DNA of 32,000 nt, taken from the NCBI RefSeq assembly GCF_000195955.2, contig NC_000962.3:600001-632000 (forward strand). The letters are read 5' to 3'. This DNA is from Mycobacterium tuberculosis H37Rv (lineage in GTDB: Bacteria; Actinomycetota; Actinomycetes; Mycobacteriales; Mycobacteriaceae). Both the position numbers and the translations under genes were made by a program. This document shows, piece after piece, positions 8,746 through 16,845 of the stretch (within the stretch, counting starts at the first letter, position 1; every line of letters begins with the position of its first letter). Below the pieces are notes generated by a model that was not told the origin of the DNA, did no database searches, and saw only the letters and a program-made list of their open reading frames with translations.

Positions 8746-10056
8746 ATGGCCGGTGGTATGGATCAGCCGCCCGGTCAGCCTAGAAGGCGGACCAGACAGC
8801 AGAGTTCAGACGGAAAGAACGGCGTGCGCGCTGCAGAGATCACCGGAGAAATTAGGGCCCTGACAGGATTGCGCATCGTCGCGGCGGTGTGGGTAGTGCT
8901 GTTTCACTTCCGACCGATGTTGGGTGATGCGTCACCGGGCTTCCGCGACGCCCTCGCGCCGGTGCTCGACTGCGGCGCGCAGGGTGTAGACCTCTTCTTC
9001 ATCCTCAGTGGGTTCGTGCTGACCTGGAACTACCTCGACCGCATGGGCCGGTCGTGGTCGGTCCGTGCCAACCTGCACTTCTTGTGGCTGCGGCTGGCCA
9101 GGGTGTGGCCGGTGTACCTGGTCACCTTGCACCTGGCCGCCGTGTGGGTCATCTTTACGCTGCACGTCGGTCACGTGCCGTCTCCGGAGGCAGGCCAGCT
9201 GACCGCGATCAGCTATGTGCGCCAGATCCTGCTGGTGCAGCTGTGGTTTCAGCCGTATTTCGATGGATCCAGTTGGGATGGACCGGCCTGGTCGATCAGT
9301 GCGGAATGGTTGGCCTACTTGCTGTTCGGTCTGCTCATTCTGGTCATCTTCCGGATGAAGCACGCCACCAGGGCGCGGGGCCTGATGTGGCTGGCCTTCG
9401 CGGCGTCGTTGCCGCCCGTGGTGCTGCTGTTGGCCAGCGGCCAGTTCTATACGCCATGGAGCTGGCTGCCCCGAATCGTGACGCAATTCGCCGCGGGAGC
9501 GCTGGCGTGTGCCGCCGTCCGCAGGTTGCGGCCGACCGATCGCGCTCGCCGCATCGCCGGGTACCTTTCCGTGCTGGTCGGCGTCGCGATTGTCGGCATC
9601 CTCTACCTGTTGCACGCGCATCCGCTCGCCGGGGTCGAGGACAGCGGCGGGGTGGTCGACGTGCTGTTCGTTCCGCTGGTGATCAGCCTGGCGATTGGCG
9701 TCGGCAGCCTGCCGGCGTTGCTGTCGACGCGGTTGATGGTTTTTGGCGGGCAGATCTCGTTTTGCCTCTACATGGTGCACGAGCTGGTGCATACCGCCTG
9801 GGGATGGGCCGTGCAACAATACGAGCTTGCGCTGCAGGATCAGCCGTGGAAATGGAACGTCGTCGGTCTGCTCGCGATCGCCCTGGGGGCTGCGATCTTG
9901 CTGTATCACTTCGTCGAAGAACCGGGCCGCCGATGGATGCGCCGGATGGTCGACGTCAAAGCCGCGAGTGCGAGAAGCGAGCCCGGGGAGCCGGTAGGCA
10001 GCACGCGTTATCAAATCGACGATGCGCTGGAAGGGGTTTCGGCCCGCGCGGTGTGA
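8746..10056 (+). CDS. Integral-membrane acyltransferase (acyltransferase-3 family; Rv0517-like)
   Basis: ORF 8746-10056 (436 aa). The family N-terminal signature is LTGLRIVAAVWVVLFHF. It has about 10 hydrophobic helices, including FILSGFVLT. A later start (ATG 8758) is possible. Confidence 0.82.
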   Translation: MAGGMDQPPGQPRRRTRQQSSDGKNGVRAAEITGEIRALTGLRIVAAVWVVLFHFRPMLGDASPGFRDALAPVLDCGAQGVDLFFILSGFVLTWNYLDRMGRSWSVRANLHFLWLRLARVWPVYLVTLHLAAVWVIFTLHVGHVPSPEAGQLTAISYVRQILLVQLWFQPYFDGSSWDGPAWSISAEWLAYLLFGLLILVIFRMKHATRARGLMWLAFAASLPPVVLLLASGQFYTPWSWLPRIVTQFAAGALACAAVRRLRPTDRARRIAGYLSVLVGVAIVGILYLLHAHPLAGVEDSGGVVDVLFVPLVISLAIGVGSLPALLSTRLMVFGGQISFCLYMVHELVHTAWGWAVQQYELALQDQPWKWNVVGLLAIALGAAILLYHFVEEPGRRWMRRMVDVKAASARSEPGEPVGSTRYQIDDALEGVSARAV

Positions 10057-10187
10057 CGGTTGAGTGGGGCTGCAGCGGGTCGACGCGAGTTCACATCGGT
10101 TTCCTCGTACGATTCCCTTTATTTGGACGCGGCGCACGACCCGTTCAACTTTGAGCCGAGTCCAGTGGAGCCATCAGTGGAGTCAGT

Positions 10188-10883
10188 GTGAGTCGCCCGG
10201 GTACATACGTCATTGGTCTCACTCTCCTGGTCGGCCTGGTCGTCGGCAATCCAGGGTGCCCGCGGTCCTACCGCCCACTGACCCTGGATTACCGGCTTAA
10301 CCCGGTCGCGGTGATTGGCGACTCCTATACCACCGGCACCGATGAGGGCGGTCTGGGCTCGAAATCATGGACCGCTCGCACCTGGCAGATGCTCGCTGCA
10401 CGTGGCGTGCGGATCGCAGCCGACGTGGCCGCCGAGGGCCGGGCCGGCTACGGGGTGCCCGGCGACCACGGCAACGTGTTTGAGGATCTGACCGCCAGGG
10501 CCGTCCAGCCCGACGATGCACTGGTGGTGTTCTTTGGCTCCCGCAACGACCAAGGCATGGATCCTGAGGATCCCGAGATGCTGGCCGAAAAGGTCCGCGA
10601 CACTTTCGATCTAGCGCGCCACCGCGCACCATCCGCGAGCTTGCTGGTGATCGCACCGCCGTGGCCTACCGCCGACGTACCTGGCCCAATGCTGCGGATT
10701 CGCGACGTGCTGGGCGCTCAGGCGCGGGCCGCAGGAGCAGTGTTTGTCGACCCGATCGCCGACCACTGGTTTGTCGACAGGCCCGAGCTGATCGGCGCGG
10801 ATGGCGTGCATCCCAACGATGCGGGACATGAGTATCTGGCGGACAAGATCGCGCCGCTGATCAGCATGGAGTTGGTTGGATGA
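10188..10883 (+). CDS. Secreted SGNH/GDSL-family hydrolase (Rv0518-like)
   Basis: ORF 10188-10883 (231 aa), GTG start with GGAG 5 nt upstream. It has an N-terminal hydrophobic signal (VIGLTLLVGLVVG). SGNH blocks are VIGDSYTTG (block I), FFGSRNDQG (block III) and DGVHPND (block V). Confidence 0.82.
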   Translation: MSRPGTYVIGLTLLVGLVVGNPGCPRSYRPLTLDYRLNPVAVIGDSYTTGTDEGGLGSKSWTARTWQMLAARGVRIAADVAAEGRAGYGVPGDHGNVFEDLTARAVQPDDALVVFFGSRNDQGMDPEDPEMLAEKVRDTFDLARHRAPSASLLVIAPPWPTADVPGPMLRIRDVLGAQARAAGAVFVDPIADHWFVDRPELIGADGVHPNDAGHEYLADKIAPLISMELVG

Positions 10884-10934
10884 GTTGGGAGTCACGAGCC
10901 ACGCAAAGGGTTTAGCGTGACGACGGTCGACGTG

Positions 10935-11051
10935 CTAGTCCTCTGCGTGCCGTTCGTAATCCCAACGCTCAAGGCGCGCCTGCAACTGCAGGAGACCAAG
11001 TCCGGCGAGTGGCGCCGCGGCGGTGAGGAAGGCCAGCAGCATCGGACTCAT
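10935..11051 (-). CDS. Candidate small membrane protein, 38 aa (MSPMLLAFLTAAAPLAGLGLLQLQARLERWDYERHAED); below the ORF-track size cutoff
   Basis: ATG 11051, with GGAGG (complement of 11059-11063) 7 nt upstream; the stop is TAG (complement of 10935-10937). It has a hydrophobic N-terminal helix and a charged tail. Third-position GC is about 74 percent, coding-like for this genome. It lies in the 288-nt gap downstream of the esterase gene. Confidence 0.35.
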   Translation of the reverse strand: MSPMLLAFLTAAAPLAGLGLLQLQARLERWDYERHAED

Positions 11052-11171
11052 CTCAGAACCTCCAAAACCATTTCATTCGTACCACGTTCGTCGTCGAGGG
11101 GTGGTTCTTTCGCGAAACATGTCCGTCCGAATTCAGCTGTCCTCAGCCACCGCCACGCTGCGCCACGTCAG

Positions 11172-12074
11172 CTAGGACGCCATCCAAGCCAGTTCGCCGG
11201 GCAACTGTTCGCGCCAGTACGACGCGTCGTGTCCTCCGGGCGAGAAGCTGCCGGCAGGCGGTTGGTGCAGTTGGTTGACGAATTGGCGAGTGGCGAAGTA
11301 GAAGCGGTCGCTGGTGCCGCAATCCACCCGTAGCGGGATTGAGTTCAGCGCGGGCAGGCCCAACACGCTGTGTTGCACATAGTCGTCGTAGCTGTCGAAC
11401 GCCCCGGGTGTGCTGCCGGTGAACGACGTGAACAATGCCGGGCTGATGGCACAGATCCCCGCGGTTCTGGCCGGACCCAACCGGGCACCCAGGAGCAGCG
11501 CGCCGTATCCCCCCATCGACCACCCCAGGAATCCCACCCGGGAGGTGTCCATACCCATCGAGGTCAGCATCGGCAGCAGCTCGTCGAGCACCATCGCACC
11601 CGAGTCCCCGCCGGAAGAGCGACGGTGCCAGTAGGTGTTGCCGCCGTCGACGCCGACCACCGCGAACGCTGGCTTGCCCTCCTTGACCAGGCGGGCCAAC
11701 CCCTGCTCGACGCCGAGATCCAGCATCATGCCGGCGTTGCCGTCCTTGCCATGCAGTGCGATCACTGGCCGCAGCTGCCCGCTCTGGCCGGGCGGCATGG
11801 AGATCACCCAGTTGGTCTTGATGCCTCCGCGAGCCGCCGAGATGAACGAGCCGGAGATCCTGGTCGGCAAGCTGCTGCCCGCCGTCGGGGGCTCGAACGG
11901 CGCCGGGGCCGCCTGCGGCTCAAGTGGGTCCACCAGGGCGCCGAAGGCCCACACGCCGGCGGCTCCCGCGCCGGCGCCGGCACCCCAACGGAGCAGGGCA
12001 CGGCGGGTCAGGTCTGCCATGGGCGTCATGATGCCGCGCCGATCGGTGTTGCCCGCACAGCCACGCCGTAGCAC
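11172..12074 (-). CDS. Exported alpha/beta-hydrolase esterase with Tat-type signal (Rv0519c-like; esterase D / antigen-85 fold)
   Basis: ORF 11172-12074 (300 aa, GTG start; internal ATG at MTPMADLTRRALL is also plausible). The twin-arginine motif is TRRALLRWGAGAGAGAA. The nucleophile elbow is GWSMGG, with a C-terminal GGHD. Confidence 0.82.
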   Translation of the reverse strand: MLRRGCAGNTDRRGIMTPMADLTRRALLRWGAGAGAGAAGVWAFGALVDPLEPQAAPAPFEPPTAGSSLPTRISGSFISAARGGIKTNWVISMPPGQSGQLRPVIALHGKDGNAGMMLDLGVEQGLARLVKEGKPAFAVVGVDGGNTYWHRRSSGGDSGAMVLDELLPMLTSMGMDTSRVGFLGWSMGGYGALLLGARLGPARTAGICAISPALFTSFTGSTPGAFDSYDDYVQHSVLGLPALNSIPLRVDCGTSDRFYFATRQFVNQLHQPPAGSFSPGGHDASYWREQLPGELAWMAS

Positions 12075-12254
12075 CGGCCAATCGTGACACCGGTAACGGC
12101 TGGCGAGTCGCCGTAGTGGGGGCCCGGCTGCGCAGCAGTGACGGCATGAAGAACTTTCGCAAAACTGGAAACGGCTGGTACCGGAAGTCGGTATTCTTTG
12201 CGCGGCAGCTGCGTGTCAATGATGACCGAGCGGTAGCCCGGTCGTCCCTGGTGT

Positions 12255-12605
12255 ATGGGAGGGTGTTCGATCACCTGCCTCAACATCTCCGAAGTGCCGA
12301 ACGAGACCAACCGTAAGAAGAACCGTCAGGCCGGACTCGACCGCAGTATCCGGGTGATTCATGGCAGCTTCGACGACATTCCCGAGCCGGACAGCGGCTA
12401 TGACGTCGTCTGGTCACAAGATGCGATCCTGCACGCGCCCGACCGCCGAAAGGTGCTCGAGGAGGCATTCCGGGTGTTGCGGCCCGGCGGCGAACTGATC
12501 TTCACCGATCCGATGCAGGCCGACGATGTTCCCGACGGTGTGCTGCAGCCGGTCTACGACCGGCTCAACCTGCGTGACCTTGGCTCGATGCGCTTCTATG
12601 CGTGA
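12255..12605 (+). pseudogene. Fragment 1 of a decayed class I SAM-dependent methyltransferase (Rv0520-like)
   Basis: ORF 12255-12605 (116 aa). It reads CSITCLNISEV...GSFDDIPEPDSGYDVVWSQDAILHAPDRRKVLEEAFRVLRPGGELIFTDPM, which is the post-motif-I core of a methyltransferase. No GxGxG motif I is present, and the ORF ends at a frameshift junction. Confidence 0.8.
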
Positions 12606-12903
12606 AGCCGCACAGGCACTCGGTTTCGAGGTGCTCGACCAAAGAGACCTGGTTCGCAATCTGCGGACGCACTACAGCCGAGTGTTCGAGGAACTCGAAG
12701 CCCGGCGTCTCGAACTCGAGGGGAAGTCCTCCCAGGAGTACCTCGACAAGATGCGGGTAGGCCTGAAGAACTGGGTCGAGGCCGCCGACAACGGTCACTC
12801 TCGCGTGGGGCATCCAACATTTCCGAGAACCCGCCTGACTCCGATATGCCAGCTGCCCACGGCCGCGATCGACTCGACGGCTGGTCGTCGCCGGTATCGT
12901 TGA
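12598..12903 (+). pseudogene. Fragment 2 of the same decayed methyltransferase (Rv0521-like)
   Basis: It lies in a frame open from 12526; ATG 12598 gives 101 aa. REAAQALGFEVLDQRDLVRNLRTHYSRVFEEL continues the fragment 1 sequence (..LGSMRFY) after a 1-nt shift. The last ~35 codons look non-native. Confidence 0.8.
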
Positions 12904-13037
12904 CCCCACGGACTGCGTGACAGCCGGGGGCACGGAGTTGCCCGGCGGCGCCAGTACTGCCCCCGACGGACCGGAAGGCAGGTGCCATAGCTACCACTTC
13001 AGGACTGCGCCCAGGACTGTCGCAGCGTCAGCTCAAC

Positions 13038-14342
13038 ATGATCGCTATCGGCGGCGTCATCGGTGCTGGCTTGTTCGTCGGGTCTGGTGTGGTTATCCGT
13101 GCGACCGGTCCGGCGGCATTCCTGACCTATGCGCTGTGCGGCGCACTGATCGTTCTGGTGATGCGCATGCTGGGCGAGATGGCCGCCGCCAATCCGTCGA
13201 CTGGAGCGTTCGCCGACTACGCGGCAAAAGCCCTGGGCGGCTGGGCGGGATTCTCGGTTGGCTGGCTGTACTGGTACTTCTGGGTAATCGTCGTGGGGTT
13301 CGAGGCGGTTGCCGGCGGGAAGGTTCTAACCTACTGGATCGATGCGCCGCTGTGGTTGGCGTCGCTGTGTCTGATGATGATGATGACCGCGACGAACTTG
13401 GTCTCGGTGTCATCCTTCGGTGAGTTCGAGTTCTGGTTCGCCGGAGTCAAGGTTGCCACCATCGTCGGCTTCCTGGTCCTTGGCACCGCTTTCGCCTTCG
13501 GGCTGCTGCCGGGCCATGGCATGGATTTCAGCAACCTCAGCGCGCACGGTGGCTTCTTTCCCGACGGGGTAGGTGCCGTCTTCGCTGCCATCGTGGTCGC
13601 GATCTTCTCCATGACTGGCACGGAAGTAGTCACCATCGCCGCGGCTGAAGCGCCGGACCCTCAACGAGCGGTCCAACGCGCGATGAGCACGGTGGTGGCA
13701 CGCATCGTGATCTTCTTCGTCGGCTCGGTCTTCCTGCTCACGGTGATCCTGCCGTGGAACTCGTTGGAGCTTGGCGCCTCCCCGTACGTTGCCGCGCTGC
13801 GGCACATGGGTATTGGGGGTGCTGATCAGATCATGAATGCCGTCGTGCTTACCGCGGTGCTGTCCTGCTTGAACTCGGGCCTGTATACCGCGTCGCGGAT
13901 GCTGTTCGTGCTCGCCGCCCGGCAGGAGGCGCCGGCCCAGCTGGTCAAAGTCAACCGGCGTGGAGTCCCCACCTTCGCGATCATGGGATCGTCCGTGGTG
14001 GGATTCCTGTGCGTGATCATGGCATGGGTCTCACCCGCAACGGTATTCGTTTTCCTGCTCAACTCGTCGGGCGCTGTGATTTTGTTCGTCTACCTGCTTA
14101 TCGCGCTGTCGCAGATCGTGTTGCGTCGCCAGACATCTGGCCAAAATCTGGGGGTACGGATGTGGCTTTTCCCGGGGCTGTCGATCGTCACGGTGACCGG
14201 AATTGTCGCCGTGCTGGCGCGGATGGCGTTCGACTACGCCGCGCGCAGCCAGCTCTGGCTCAGCCTGCTGTCCTGGGCAGTGGTCGTTGGGTGTTATTTG
14301 GTCACCACATTGGTGCGACGTCCCCTTAATCGGCCTTGGTGA
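13038..14342 (+). CDS. gabP: APC-family amino-acid permease, GABA permease type
   Basis: ORF 13038-14342 (434 aa). It aligns from memory with E. coli GabP starting at MLSIAGVIGASLFVGS (here MIAIGGVIGAGLFVGS). It also has GEFEFWFA, TGTEVVTIAAAE and 12 hydrophobic helices. The start is questionable (see findings). Confidence 0.88.
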   Translation: MIAIGGVIGAGLFVGSGVVIRATGPAAFLTYALCGALIVLVMRMLGEMAAANPSTGAFADYAAKALGGWAGFSVGWLYWYFWVIVVGFEAVAGGKVLTYWIDAPLWLASLCLMMMMTATNLVSVSSFGEFEFWFAGVKVATIVGFLVLGTAFAFGLLPGHGMDFSNLSAHGGFFPDGVGAVFAAIVVAIFSMTGTEVVTIAAAEAPDPQRAVQRAMSTVVARIVIFFVGSVFLLTVILPWNSLELGASPYVAALRHMGIGGADQIMNAVVLTAVLSCLNSGLYTASRMLFVLAARQEAPAQLVKVNRRGVPTFAIMGSSVVGFLCVIMAWVSPATVFVFLLNSSGAVILFVYLLIALSQIVLRRQTSGQNLGVRMWLFPGLSIVTVTGIVAVLARMAFDYAARSQLWLSLLSWAVVVGCYLVTTLVRRPLNRPW

Positions 14343-14721
14343 GCAGTACGGCCTCGTCGAACGGCAGTCTGGCAAAGACCGGCCGCCATCGGCTGCTGAC
14401 ATACGGCGCCGCCTCGGCCTTGGTGAGCCGCCGCGGGTTGGCGACACCAAAGGTTTTGCCGTAGCGGCGCATCCGGCCACCGCCGGCCGCGGTGATGTTC
14501 TTCAGCCAGTCGCGGTTCGGACCGTAGGTGAGCAAAATCGCCACGCCCGCCCGGCCGTCGACGTCCGCGCTGAACACGTTCAACGGGGTACGGTACGGCT
14601 TGCCCGAGCGGCGGCCCACGTGCTCAAGAATCGCGAACGCCGGGAGCCAGCCGGCCCATAGCCGCTGAATGGGGTTGGTGACATATCGATTGAACCGAGC
14701 CAGCCACTGCGGTAGTTGCAT
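14326..14721 (-). CDS. DUF385 / deazaflavin-dependent nitroreductase-like small protein (Rv0523c-like)
   Basis: ORF 14326-14730; two ATGs (14730, 14721), the second giving 131 aa. The motif [19 protein letters not shown] resembles the F420-binding split-barrel DUF385 family. The 3' end overlaps the gabP 3' end by 17 nt. Confidence 0.7.
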   Translation of the reverse strand: MQLPQWLARFNRYVTNPIQRLWAGWLPAFAILEHVGRRSGKPYRTPLNVFSADVDGRAGVAILLTYGPNRDWLKNITAAGGGRMRRYGKTFGVANPRRLTKAEAAPYVSSRWRPVFARLPFDEAVLLTKAD

Positions 14722-14834
14722 GCCCACCATCCAACTCGTGGACCGGCCGCGGCATCAAGCAAACCTCTGGTGGCTGCGGCAAACTCTTACACCCTGTAGT
14801 TGAGCGACCTGGGCAGGCTGGAACACTAGTCGTC

Positions 14835-16223
14835 ATGGGCAGCACGGAACAGGCCACCTCGCGGGTAAGGGGAGCCGCGCGCACATCGGCGCAGCTGTTC
14901 GAGGCCGCATGCAGCGTCATACCCGGCGGAGTGAACTCCCCGGTGCGGGCGTTCACGGCGGTGGGCGGCACCCCGCGCTTCATTACCGAAGCCCACGGCT
15001 GCTGGTTGATTGACGCCGACGGCAACCGCTACGTAGACCTGGTCTGCTCATGGGGCCCGATGATCCTCGGTCACGCGCATCCGGCCGTCGTCGAGGCAGT
15101 GGCCAAGGCCGCAGCCCGCGGCCTGTCCTTCGGGGCCCCGACTCCCGCCGAAACCCAACTAGCCGGCGAGATCATCGGCCGGGTAGCTCCCGTCGAGCGG
15201 ATACGGCTGGTGAACTCCGGCACCGAGGCCACTATGAGCGCCGTGCGGCTGGCCCGCGGATTCACCGGCCGGGCCAAGATCGTCAAGTTCTCCGGCTGCT
15301 ACCACGGACACGTCGACGCATTGCTCGCCGACGCGGGTTCGGGAGTGGCCACCCTGGGCTTATGTGACGACCCCCAGCGCCCGGCTTCGCCGCGCTCGCA
15401 ATCGTCACGGGGCCTGCCGTCCTCCCCCGGGGTCACTGGCGCCGCGGCAGCCGACACGATCGTGTTGCCCTACAACGACATCGATGCCGTACAGCAGACC
15501 TTCGCCCGGTTCGGCGAGCAGATCGCCGCCGTAATCACCGAGGCCAGCCCCGGCAACATGGGAGTCGTCCCGCCCGGGCCCGGCTTCAACGCGGCGCTGC
15601 GCGCGATCACCGCCGAGCACGGCGCCCTGCTCATCCTCGACGAGGTGATGACCGGGTTCCGGGTCAGCCGAAGTGGTTGGTACGGAATCGATCCGGTGCC
15701 CGCTGACCTGTTCGCCTTCGGCAAGGTGATGAGCGGCGGGATGCCCGCCGCCGCGTTCGGCGGGCGCGCCGAGGTGATGCAGCGGCTGGCGCCGCTGGGG
15801 CCGGTGTATCAGGCCGGCACGTTGTCGGGTAACCCGGTGGCGGTTGCCGCCGGGCTGGCAACGCTGCGGGCCGCCGACGACGCGGTCTACACCGCATTGG
15901 ACGCCAACGCTGACCGCCTGGCCGGCCTGCTCTCCGAGGCACTGACGGATGCCGTTGTGCCACACCAGATTTCGCGGGCAGGCAATATGCTCAGTGTGTT
16001 CTTCGGCGAAACACCGGTGACCGACTTCGCGTCCGCGCGGGCCAGCCAGACCTGGCGTTATCCAGCGTTCTTTCATGCCATGCTGGACGCCGGTGTCTAC
16101 CCGCCGTGCAGTGCCTTCGAGGCATGGTTCGTCTCGGCCGCTTTGGACGACGCGGCGTTCGGCCGGATCGCCAACGCGCTGCCCGCCGCGGCCCGAGCGG
16201 CGGCCCAGGAAAGGCCCGCCTGA
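14835..16223 (+). CDS. hemL: Glutamate-1-semialdehyde 2,1-aminomutase
   Basis: ORF 14835-16223 (462 aa). Family motifs are [55 protein letters not shown], the PLP-Lys region [10 protein letters not shown], and [10 protein letters not shown]. Confidence 0.94.
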   Translation: MGSTEQATSRVRGAARTSAQLFEAACSVIPGGVNSPVRAFTAVGGTPRFITEAHGCWLIDADGNRYVDLVCSWGPMILGHAHPAVVEAVAKAAARGLSFGAPTPAETQLAGEIIGRVAPVERIRLVNSGTEATMSAVRLARGFTGRAKIVKFSGCYHGHVDALLADAGSGVATLGLCDDPQRPASPRSQSSRGLPSSPGVTGAAAADTIVLPYNDIDAVQQTFARFGEQIAAVITEASPGNMGVVPPGPGFNAALRAITAEHGALLILDEVMTGFRVSRSGWYGIDPVPADLFAFGKVMSGGMPAAAFGGRAEVMQRLAPLGPVYQAGTLSGNPVAVAAGLATLRAADDAVYTALDANADRLAGLLSEALTDAVVPHQISRAGNMLSVFFGETPVTDFASARASQTWRYPAFFHAMLDAGVYPPCSAFEAWFVSAALDDAAFGRIANALPAAARAAAQERPA

Positions 16224-16831
16224 TGCCCGAGGAAACCCAAGTCCACGTGGTGCGCCACGGTGAGGTGCACAACCCTACCGGCATCCTGTACGGGCGGCTG
16301 CCCGGATTCCACCTGTCCGCAACCGGCGCGGCGCAGGCCGCCGCCGTCGCCGACGCGCTGGCCGACCGCGACATCGTCGCGGTAATCGCATCGCCCTTGC
16401 AGCGTGCCCAGGAGACCGCCGCGCCCATCGCCGCCCGGCATGACCTTGCGGTGGAGACAGACCCGGATCTGATCGAATCGGCCAACTTCTTCGAGGGCCG
16501 CCGCGTCGGCCCCGGTGACGGGGCATGGCGCGACCCGCGGGTGTGGTGGCAGCTGCGTAACCCGTTCACCCCGTCGTGGGGTGAGCCTTACGTGGATATC
16601 GCTGCCCGAATGACGACCGCGGTGGACAAGGCACGTGTCCGCGGCGCCGGCCATGAGGTGGTGTGCGTCAGCCATCAGCTGCCGGTGTGGACGCTGCGGC
16701 TGTATCTGACCGGTAAGCGCCTCTGGCACGATCCGCGCCGTCGGGACTGCGCACTGGCCTCGGTGACGTCGTTGATCTACGACGGCGACCGCCTGGTTGA
16801 CGTGGTGTATTCGCAGCCGGCGGCGCTTTGA
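16223..16831 (+). CDS. Histidine phosphatase superfamily (phosphoglycerate-mutase-like) protein (Rv0525-like)
   Basis: It lies within ORF 16106-16831. ATG 16223 overlaps the hemL stop (TGATG) and gives 202 aa. It has the catalytic RHG motif (VHVVRHGEV), SPLQRAQETA, and a second His in CVSHQLPV. Confidence 0.82.
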   Translation: MPEETQVHVVRHGEVHNPTGILYGRLPGFHLSATGAAQAAAVADALADRDIVAVIASPLQRAQETAAPIAARHDLAVETDPDLIESANFFEGRRVGPGDGAWRDPRVWWQLRNPFTPSWGEPYVDIAARMTTAVDKARVRGAGHEVVCVSHQLPVWTLRLYLTGKRLWHDPRRRDCALASVTSLIYDGDRLVDVVYSQPAAL

Positions 16832-16845
16832 CCGCGCCGGCGACG

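Noticed and set aside
8642-8863. 73-aa TTG-start ORF upstream of and overlapping the acyltransferase start
   Set aside because: The AAGGGGA element is about 20 nt from the TTG, which is too far for an SD site. The ORF overlaps the acyltransferase start in another frame, and its product has no features.
8932-10154. 401-aa minus-strand ORF and 366-aa alternative plus-frame ORF across the acyltransferase gene
   Set aside because: The acyltransferase-3 signature and regular TM helices occur only in the 8746-10056 frame. The others are Arg-rich GC artefacts.
10917-11333. 138-aa ORF on the plus strand spanning the hydrolase-esterase gap
   Set aside because: It has no ribosome-binding site, its 3' half is antisense to the esterase gene, and its composition is not coding-like. 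The small minus-strand ORF with GGAGG is a better explanation for part of the gap.
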